Assembly: GCA_001600815.1 (NCBI GenBank)
Contig: BCKZ01000014.1
Location: forward strand, 310,001 to 374,000
Length of the DNA stretch: 64,000 nt
Origin: Alloascoidea hylecoeti
Lineage: Eukaryota
Direction: 5' to 3'
Shown piece by piece: positions 11,849 to 20,573 of the stretch. The position numbers and the translations under genes are program-made. Position 1 is the stretch's first letter. Each line of letters opens with the position of its first letter. The notes under the pieces were generated by a model. The model was given only the letters and a program-made list of their open reading frames with translations. It made no database searches and was not told the DNA's origin.

Positions 11849-12925
11849 ATGTTTAATAATACTGATAACGATATGGATTATATTTTAAAGGACACCAAAA
11901 AGTTTTACACTGTTTCACTCTGTTATTATGAATTAGATAACATCAATGAAGCTGATTCAGGTACTAAAGAGATATTCAAATTGAAAAATATTTTTGTTGG
12001 TTCCTTCAATGATGTCGAAGAGCGTACTCTAGACTTTTATTCAGAGTTTTGTGATATGTCAATGATAGCCAAACACAGTAATCAATATCTTATTGACAAA
12101 TACCGTACTTCTGATAAGTATCTGTTGTACAATAATTTGGTAAAAGCTACTGAGCAAATCAAAGTAAAATGTGTGAATTTTCATAACATTACAATCTCAA
12201 TTGCAGATCATGAGCTCTCAGACTTTGGTCTTATTCATCGATCACACCCAAATATTGTATTATCGCTTCGAATGGTAGAAGACCGCCTCTTAGACAATGC
12301 TAATGATGGTGATGATGAAATAGAAAATCTACTTATTGACCTTCGAGATGTTGTAATGGAAAAGTTTCAACTAAAGTATTTTGATCCGGGATGTAATCAT
12401 TTGATGAGTTGTAGAGGTTCAGAAAAAGGTTATATTATAATTCCATCCACTTCATCAGTTAATAACAATTTTGATAAGATGATTGATAATTACAGTGATT
12501 GGACTCCTTCCAGGCAATCCATGATTTTACAAGAATTGGATGAATTTGTATCTACACAAGAAAGGGAATTTACAGCAGCTAAAAAAAAAATGTTGGAGGA
12601 TAAACCACTCAGGACTACCATGGGCCAACTTTCAAATGTTAAGAAATTTTTTGATTTGAATCCATATTTGAGAAACAAAAAGATAGCTGACGAAGTTGAA
12701 GAAAAACGTACTCTTGTCGTTTTGGAGGATGATAGTACAGATTTTGGCTTTGATAATTTCATGGATGATTCTAAATTCTTAAGACCTGGTAAATACAATG
12801 ATGATGTAGTATCAGATAATTCAGATGTACCAAGGAAATCCAACTTGAAGACTTCTACATATTCAAACACCGATTGGGAAATCATAAAGTGTGTCAGATT
12901 TATGAAATTAATTCCTGAATTATAA
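11849..12925 (+). CDS. Type-B orphan family protein B3 (358 aa, intact)
   Basis: ATG at 11849 (MFNNTDND...), full open frame ending ...RKSNLKTSTYSNTDWEIIKCVRFMKLIPEL*. Confidence 0.85.
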   Translation: MFNNTDNDMDYILKDTKKFYTVSLCYYELDNINEADSGTKEIFKLKNIFVGSFNDVEERTLDFYSEFCDMSMIAKHSNQYLIDKYRTSDKYLLYNNLVKATEQIKVKCVNFHNITISIADHELSDFGLIHRSHPNIVLSLRMVEDRLLDNANDGDDEIENLLIDLRDVVMEKFQLKYFDPGCNHLMSCRGSEKGYIIIPSTSSVNNNFDKMIDNYSDWTPSRQSMILQELDEFVSTQEREFTAAKKKMLEDKPLRTTMGQLSNVKKFFDLNPYLRNKKIADEVEEKRTLVVLEDDSTDFGFDNFMDDSKFLRPGKYNDDVVSDNSDVPRKSNLKTSTYSNTDWEIIKCVRFMKLIPEL

Positions 12926-13129
12926 TTTCTGTTATTTATATCCAAACGGTATCGAGAATGGAATAATTCATAAATAGCATACATATAATAATATAATAGT
13001 AATACTCTATATGTTTTGCTACTCAAATATACGTATATTCTTAATAAAAAATTTAAAATAAATTTAAATTAATGGTTATATTAGTCATTGATGTACTTTC
13101 CATTCGTATCATTTTGTACTTGTTCTTTA

Positions 13130-13520
13130 ATACTGAGTGTATGTAGGTTCCTTCAAGGCCGTAATGAAAAATAAAATAAATTCGACCCGTAAAATTTACC
13201 TTCTATTTAATCATCGATATCTAACTCAGTGTTCACCACCATGCCAAAACAATCTAAGTGGGAAAAGGACAATCGCAGTTTGAGATTACATTAAGTCGTT
13301 TTTTATCCCCAGCTTAGCTCTAAAGTATTACAAGATTGTAGAGGGCTTCGATGTTCCTTGGTTAATCTTTTTTAAGGAAGAAGTTATCCTGCAAATCAAA
13401 ACGTATAATAGAATAAAATGTTTTCAGGAAGATGATTTACGGAGCATACTCGGATAACGGTTAAGTGTGACTGCCTTTTTGATAGATCACTACTATTCAT
13501 GATTGTTTGGAATTCTGACC
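13130..13520 (+). pseudogene. Decayed 'C' gene copy downstream of B3
   Basis: caccaccATG at 13241 (MPKQSKWEKDN), then a shifted frame DYIKSFFIPSLALKYYKIVEGFDVPWLIFFKEEVILQIKTYNRIKCFQEDDLRSILG*; homologous to 9540-9790 and 17560-17640. Confidence 0.45.
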
Positions 13521-13723
13521 TCATTGTTGTCCTTTCTCAGATTTCAAGATATCATTTCATCCTCCTTCTAAGATATTGTTTTCATTATCTGCCATGTTCT
13601 TCAAAATATTTTCATCGCCATTCAAATTGTTTAATATTGGAACACTGATTTCTTCATGCTCATTTACTAATCCATCATCTGAATTATCAATATCTCTATC
13701 AATATCTTTACTATTAAATAATT

Positions 13724-13814
13724 TGTTGGATATATTACGCTCTTAGAACAGTTCACTAAAGAGTTGATTGGCTTTTTGGCGCAACTGGGAGAACAGGCAC
13801 TTTGAACTTTAACA
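13724..13814 (+). mobile_element. 91-bp solo LTR with 5-bp target-site duplication
   Basis: Starts TGTTGG, ends TTAACA, flanked by TAATT on both sides (13719-13723, 13815-13819); both ends match LTR ends of the element at 15974-16339. Confidence 0.85.
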
Positions 13815-14362
13815 TAATTGGAATGTAGTTTTCAAGAAATTACCTCTAAATCTTCAATAGAAATTCCAATTCTTTCATATAAATATTCTATATTTTGATA
13901 ATTATATAAGTAATACAAAATAAAAAACGAATAAAATATTGAATTCGAATAAAGCTTGTTCAACTAATTTCTTAAACACCTTTTGCAATTTCTTTCGAAC
14001 TGAACTTATTATATACTGAAACTCAGTATTTAAAGCATTTATACCTAGTATGATATTGAACCCCAATGTCTCTTCATATTCATCACATAATTCGATTTAA
14101 ATGGTGTCGTTATGATCTTAACTTTTTCATCTAACTTTTTTTTCACTTAATTTTTTTTTACTTTAAATTTTCTTTTATTAGGCTTATACCATCTATTAGG
14201 CGTATTTGTCATTCTTTTATTTTGAATATAGTTGGTATACATATATTCTGATTATTGTTATTAGCTGGTATCCGTCTTATTATCTTAAAATGTAACTAGT
14301 ATTTTTCTTATCATATCACAAATTCATATTAAAGTAGCTAAATTTATAGGTCTTGATCATAT

Positions 14363-15415
14363 TTAATTATATATATCTACATTATCATCAAATTTGACAT
14401 TGAATACTACATTTTTACTAGCTTGATCAATATTTGAGTGTGTAAAAGTAGAAGTCTTCAAATTTGATTTTTTGGGATAAATGGGACCACAAATACCAAC
14501 TTCTTCATCATTGTTAATATTAATCGTTGGAGTCACATTCCGTCCAGTTACATCAAGTTCATTGATAATTTTGCTTCGAATTTTAACAACAATTTTGATG
14601 TTGGAATATATATTCCTGTCTAGTTCATCTTTTAAAAAAACCGCACTCTGATGGCATTCGTCCAAATATTTTATTGTTTCGAAGTCTCTGTAGTTTGGAT
14701 CCTGACTATAATGATACTGAAGATCTGGAGTTTGACCCTTCGAACTTTTATCTTCCTGTGTATCAACGTAATCAAGTAATTCTTTTATGACTTCATTTTG
14801 TTTTGAAAAATCCCATCTATAATCACCATTAACCTTATTAAAATCGTGATTGATAAGGGTGGTTGTGGCGGCTTCAATGCTTTTAATTTCATCATCATTT
14901 AGCCATATGGTGTTCAACAACAAAGTCCTGTAACCAGCTTCGGAACCTCTGAAACTTAATAAATAACCAGGTTGGAGAACCTTGAGTCCAAATTTCCCCA
15001 TTACAACATCCGTAACAAAATTGAGTAATTCTGGTATTTCAATACCTTTACCAATTGAAATATTTTTTCGTGGTACTGTAATATCGGTTATTAATCGATG
15101 AATGATCCCATAGATTGAAAGTTCATGGTCTGCAATTGATATTATGAGCATTTTATTTTCCAAGGAAGATTTTATTTTCTTATCATCGAGATCATCAGTT
15201 GCCGGATTATGGACGCGAAATTGTTGGCATAACCTATCAACACATTTTTCAGGATAAACAAAACCCCCTATAAAAACTTCTTGTATTCCATCAATCAACT
15301 CATATTCTGTTTCGAGATCAAGTTCTGATTCCTGATCAATAGCTTCATAATAACTTATTGATACAGTATAGAACTTTTTGTAATCGGATTTAGTTATATG
15401 ATTATAATTAGACAT
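14363..15415 (-). CDS. Type-A orphan family protein A4 (350 aa, intact)
   Basis: Open ATG-TAA frame; ends PKKSNLKTSTF...KNVVFNVKFDDNVDIYN*. Confidence 0.85.
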   Translation of the reverse strand: MSNYNHITKSDYKKFYTVSISYYEAIDQESELDLETEYELIDGIQEVFIGGFVYPEKCVDRLCQQFRVHNPATDDLDDKKIKSSLENKMLIISIADHELSIYGIIHRLITDITVPRKNISIGKGIEIPELLNFVTDVVMGKFGLKVLQPGYLLSFRGSEAGYRTLLLNTIWLNDDEIKSIEAATTTLINHDFNKVNGDYRWDFSKQNEVIKELLDYVDTQEDKSSKGQTPDLQYHYSQDPNYRDFETIKYLDECHQSAVFLKDELDRNIYSNIKIVVKIRSKIINELDVTGRNVTPTININNDEEVGICGPIYPKKSNLKTSTFTHSNIDQASKNVVFNVKFDDNVDIYN

Positions 15416-15973
15416 GGTGTTAAAAGAATCCTATAAAGTGAAAAAATAAAGTGGGAGATGAGGATAAAAGAAAAGAAAAATTTTAGGGGAATACTAGGTT
15501 TGAATATATAATCGCGTGGACTGGATTGTAATGGAAGAATTGATATATTTTTTTAAAATACACACAGCGACACTATATGATAAGTTAGTAAGAAATGGGC
15601 TGCAGATATGTACCATCCACTTTTAGCCCTTCTATCACTAGACTATATATTTTTAAGTCAAAAAACTTATACCATTAAGAAATAAACTTCATGGATGAGC
15701 ACTGTACTATCCTATTTTGTATATAAATCAATAATTATACCACCATTAATCTCATCTGCATGTAATGGATTCGCGATGCCTTTTAAATTCGTACCTGCAT
15801 TTACGGAACTTTAAAAAAATGTATTCATGAGGAATAGGAAGTATAACAATATATATTTATGGCAATCAACGATTCATATAAGAATAAAGACATCTACCAA
15901 AATAATCTCTTCCTTATCCTCCTCACACTTAATCAAAAAATTTCTTCTCTTTTTCTGTTTAATTAACTGACCA

Positions 15974-16339
15974 TGTTGGATATATATTACACTCTTAGAA
16001 CAGTTCACTAAAGAGTCGATTGGCTTTTTGGTGAACTGTTCTAAGAGTGTAATATATATCCAACACACCCCCCAACCTTAGGCAGGTCACTTTACTAATC
16101 GCCATATCTGCTCACCCCCGTGATCTTGCGGGTTTCGGACTTCTTGCAGACTGACTCGGACATTTTACTTTCGGGCCATTTATGCGTTACCCTACTAAGC
16201 CTCAACTAGACTGATGTAAACTACCGTCCTACGGCGGACTCGAGCCTGATGCCTCTCGTGGCGGCGCCGCTACCATGTTAAAGTTCAAAGTGCCTGTTCT
16301 CTCTCTCGTTTTCTATCTCGATCACTATACCTATCTCGA
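15974..16339 (-). mobile_element. Miniature non-autonomous copia-type LTR element (TRIM-like)
   Basis: On -: 5'LTR end ...GAACAGGCACTTTGAACTTTAACA (ends 16276), PBS TGGTAGCGGCGCCG (16275-16262, tRNA-iMet type), ~185 bp non-coding GC-rich core, PPT GGTTGGGGGGTG (16077-16066), then 3'LTR TGTTGG...CCAACA (16065-15974). The 5'LTR runs into the assembly gap. Confidence 0.8.
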
Positions 16340-16964
16340 NNNNNNNNNNNNNNNNNNNNNNNNNNNNNNNNNNNNNNNNNNNNNNNNNNNNNNNNNNNNN
16401 NNNNNNNNNNNNNNNNNNNNNNNNNNNNNNNNNNNNNNNNNNNNNNNNNNNNNNNNNNNNNNNNNNNNNNNNNNNNNNNNNNNNNNNNNNNNNNNNNNNN
16501 NNNNNNNNNNNNNNNNNNNNNNNNNNNNNNNNNNNNNNNNNNNNNNNNNNNNNNNNNNNNNNNNNNNNNNNNNNNNNNNNNNNNNNNNNNNNNNNNNNNN
16601 NNNNNNNNNNNNNNNNNNNNNNNNNNNNNNNNNNNNNNNNNNNNNNNNNNNNNNNNNNNNNNNNNNNNNNNNNNNNNNNNNNNNNNNNNNNNNNNNNNNN
16701 NNNNNNNNNNNNNNNNNNNNNNNNNNNNNNNNNNNNNNNNNNNNNNNNNNNNNNNNNNNNNNNNNNNNNNNNNNNNNNNNNNNNNNNNNNNNNNNNNNNN
16801 NNNNNNNNNNNNNNNNNNNNNNNNNNNNNNNNNNNNNNNNNNNNNNNNNNNNNNNNNNNNNNNNNNNNNNNNNNNNNNNNNNNNNNNNNNNNNNNNNNNN
16901 NNNNNNNNNNNNNNNNNNNNNNNNNNNNNNNNNNNNNNNNNNNNNNNNNNNNNNNNNNNNNNNN
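16340..16964. other. Assembly gap (625 N)
   Basis: Run of N. Confidence 1.
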
Positions 16965-17273
16965 TCGATTGCAGATCATGAACTTTCAGATTCTGGATTT
17001 ATTCATCGATTATATCCAAATATTGTATTATCACGTCGAATGGTGGAAGAGCGTTTCTCGATCAATGGTGATAATGGTAGCTAAAAACAAAATGATGAAG
17101 AAAAAACCTCAACGGACAACGTTTGGCCAGCATTCAGAAGATGATAGTACAGATAGTGGTAAGATCTGCTAGATATAGTACCAAAGAAATCAAATTTGAA
17201 AACTTCTACACATTCCAATACCAATTGGGAAATTATAAAATGTGTCAGATTCACAGATTTAATTCATAAATAA
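16965..17273 (+). pseudogene. Type-B copy B4 (start codon at 15973 hit by LTR element; internal deletions)
   Basis: SIADHELSDSGFIHRLYPNIVLSRRMVEERFSING is identical to B2; followed by deletions/frameshifts and tail PKKSNLKTSTHSNTNWEIIKCVRFTDLIHK*. Confidence 0.8.
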
Positions 17274-18528
17274 TATTTTCCGTTATTTATATTCAGACTG
17301 TATCTAAAAAGAATTAAATCTTGAAAAGCATAAAAATATTAATGCTATATATGCTTTTCTACTCAAATATAAAGTAATAGTTATATTAGTTATTTCGATG
17401 TAGTCTTTATTAGTATCATTTTAAACTTGTTTTATAAGGCCCTTGATGCTGTTTTATAAATATGGTAAATGAAGTGTGTGTGGGTTCCTTCAAGGCCAGA
17501 ATAAAAAATAAAAAGTGCGACCCGTAAAATATACTTTCTTTTTAACCATCCGCTCTTTACCAGAGTCACCACCATTTTAAAAAGATCTGAATTGGAAATA
17601 CACAATGGACATATATCAGATTACTTTGAGTCAATTTTTACTAAAAATAATAGGACAGATGATTAACGGAATTCATTTGATTTAAAAAAATTTGCAAAAC
17701 TATTCCTGTCATACGTTCATACTCACATTCATTGAAATCTTATTAATATTTTGATGATAGTCTCATGATAAAGATGTGGCTTCTCAGAGTAATACCAGTC
17801 TACCAGTTGAAGAGCGATTAAACGGAAGTTAACATAATACTAATACAACAATAATCCAAAACCTTTCACCCCTACTACTACCACCAACTACTACTATACC
17901 AAAGAATTTAACAAGGACTTCAAATACTGCATCTAAACCAATACTCATGATAATAGATATACGCACATTTTATATGATTAATTATCAAAACCTCCAGAAT
18001 TAAATATAACTCAAAAGGTTTAAAACTTCAGCCACACACACAATATGAAATTTCAATTGACACCACAGAACATAATGCATCAGATTTCCCATTTTTATCA
18101 ATACTAAATAAAACAAATTTAGTATTTCGGATTCAACTAATACTAATGCAGTTCAAGAACATAAAGAAGAAAGTCTTTCGAGTACTGAAAAAAAAAAGAA
18201 TCAACAATTATCACTACGAATACACCCACAACTACTACATTAATTCCGTCATCATCTAATTTTTCAAATCGGATTAGGTTTAATAAAACATTTCAAGATA
18301 TGAAAATGGGTTTTGGTTTCGTTGATGTTATTTAAGCAACGAGTATTTATAAAGTTAGGAAATCATTTGTTTCTATAAATTTAGAAGAACTACGTATACA
18401 ATGATGAAAAATCAATCACAAACTAAACATTTATTATAATTTAATATATACTGTACAAACAAATTATCTAAAAACTCAAAGAAGACTCCAATTATAATCA
18501 CAATTTTACTATTAATTTCCGTTTATCA

Positions 18529-19239
18529 CTATAAAATAGAACCTGTATATTTTTCCGCCATTTCCCAGTTCATGTCATCAAAGTTATTGGCTAGGAACCC
18601 TTGGATGAAACCGTTCGGTAATTTGAAATGTGAATTTAAAAAATCACACATTATTTTGGTTTCGTCATCGTTTAATCCATTTAAATAAATGGTTTTCAAT
18701 ACCCTCTCGATTTCGTTCGCCTCTATAATTAAATCATCATTGTTTGATGATTCATATACATTTGCGGTTGGAACTGCAGCTGCTACTGCAAGACCCAATG
18801 CGTTTACTGGTGAGACTAATGGAGTTGGTAAATTAGTTGGTTCAATTGGTGCTGCCCAGGCATGTGTCTTTTTAGCTGGGATAGAAGTAGCCGAAGCAAG
18901 TGTCTCTTTGGTTGGAGTAGGATCAGTCGAAACAGGTGTTGCCAGTTTTGCCTTTAATATACATTGTAATCTAATGTGGAGGCCATTGTCGTGTTCTACC
19001 ATTAAAGCCACCTTTTTGGATTTGTCCAAGTTTTTAATTCTAGTGTATAGATCAGACACCATCTTTCTGATCATTTTTTGTTGAGGAGCAGTCAATGTTA
19101 GAGCCTGAAGCTCGTTGCCAACGCTGAAATTTTTGACGGCAATCGAATTATCCGCACCTGGTGTACCTTGAACACCATCGATCATTGCAACTAACATAAT
19201 TGCACAGGCTATAGAGATTATAGGGGTTGAAGTTCTCAT
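18529..19239 (-). CDS. Hypothetical secreted protein
   Basis: 236 aa; N-terminal hydrophobic signal-like segment, Pro/Thr/Ala-rich middle; TATA-like tract at ~19345-19355. Confidence 0.65.
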   Translation of the reverse strand: MRTSTPIISIACAIMLVAMIDGVQGTPGADNSIAVKNFSVGNELQALTLTAPQQKMIRKMVSDLYTRIKNLDKSKKVALMVEHDNGLHIRLQCILKAKLATPVSTDPTPTKETLASATSIPAKKTHAWAAPIEPTNLPTPLVSPVNALGLAVAAAVPTANVYESSNNDDLIIEANEIERVLKTIYLNGLNDDETKIMCDFLNSHFKLPNGFIQGFLANNFDDMNWEMAEKYTGSIL

Positions 19240-20222
19240 TTTTGAAATAAAATAAAGTAAAAATAAAACTGACTATGTATGAATTCAAAAAACTTTTTAT
19301 GGAAAAAATTAAAAGGGTGAGCGGGAAGATGGGCTTGACTCCTTCTTATATATACTTACCATAATGCATACGTATATTATGTGGGATCCCAATTAGGTAT
19401 TGGATCAATACATGCAGTAGTATTTATCATAACCTTAATAATAAATGATTTGAACATTTTCGGTGTTTTACAAACTAAGTATCCATTAACAGTTGATTTA
19501 CCCAAATTAAAATGTCCTACCCATAATCAATAACTGTAATTATTCTCGAATAGGTTATACTTGTATGTAATTTTGACTTCTACAGATGGAAAGTGATGTA
19601 TTTCAGAAGGAATCTTAGGGGTCTTTGGTGTGGTACTCGAGATAAGCGTTAGTTCGATCTTGGAAAATATATGTATAACAATCGACAGAAATTCCAGCTG
19701 CCGGTGGTTTCGGGAATTATTGATAGGCACCCACGGACTAACAATTATCAATCAGCCTACTCGAATATTGGATTATAAAGGTGGAACGTTTATATTAAAA
19801 TAGATTAACATTCATATGATCCGATTTGAACTTTATATCAGCGTTAAAAAATGTTACTTTCAAAACATACTACTGCCCATGGAAATTATATGAATTCATT
19901 TATTTACTCACCTTATAACTACTTGGGAAGGTTTACTACTCTAAGTGGAGAGTCAAAATAAAAGATATAATAAATATATAAAAAGCAAATCGGATTAGTG
20001 TACAATATCTAGGAATTAACAATGATACAAAATAACATTTTTTTGTTGACCAATCTAAGCCTACATTATAATGTTCAGAAGCCTAAAATAATTTTTATCT
20101 TCTGTTGTTATCTTGTTTATTTTTAGTTTTTTTTCGTCTCTCTTATAATTAGATAGCTAGATTTTGTAGAAGAATATAATTGTTTAAAATAGTATTCCAC
20201 ATTTTAAATTCTTAAAAGTGTA

Positions 20223-20573
20223 TTAACAATGATTACGCATATTCATTAATATTCTCGCTGCATTAAGTACCTCAATATCCTCCTCCTTGTGTTCTTCATC
20301 CTCGGGCTCTTTAACCTTTGACTGCTCTTCCTCATCGGGAAAAAGCCTTTCAAAATCATCCACATAAACCATTCTTCTGTCGAGATGCATCTTGTTTTTC
20401 AATTTCCAATCAAAGAAGTGTTTAGCCCTTGATACTGTATTCAATCTATCCACACATTTATTCCAATGTAATCCACAAGGATTACAAACAGCACCAAATG
20501 GGCATGTACGAAATTGTATCTTACTTCTTGGAGTTCGGCAATACTCGCAAATTTTCAATTCGTTTGACTTCAT
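20223..20573 (-). CDS. Small GATA-type zinc-finger protein (Gat3/Gat4-like)
   Basis: CEYC-x17-CNPCGLHW finger followed by a short basic helix (AKHFF...DRR) as in the small Gat3/Gat4 proteins; ATG at 20573. Confidence 0.75.
   Translation of the reverse strand: MKSNELKICEYCRTPRSKIQFRTCPFGAVCNPCGLHWNKCVDRLNTVSRAKHFFDWKLKNKMHLDRRMVYVDDFERLFPDEEEQSKVKEPEDEEHKEEDIEVLNAARILMNMRNHC

Noticed and set aside
12490..13026. 178-aa antisense ORF over B3 (and similar antisense ORFs over A2, the secreted gene and KAP95)
   Set aside because: Shadow frames of real genes, not conserved among paralogs.
16078..16261. Hammerhead ribozyme (retrozyme) in the mini-element core
   Set aside because: CTGATG is present but no CTGANGA core on either strand.
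16275..17084. Long ORFs across 16.3-17.0 kb
   Set aside because: Artefacts of translating the N gap.
19352..19361. ATACTTACC resembling the U1 snRNA 5' end
   Set aside because: No following U1 stem-loops or Sm site recognised; it overlaps a TATA-like tract.
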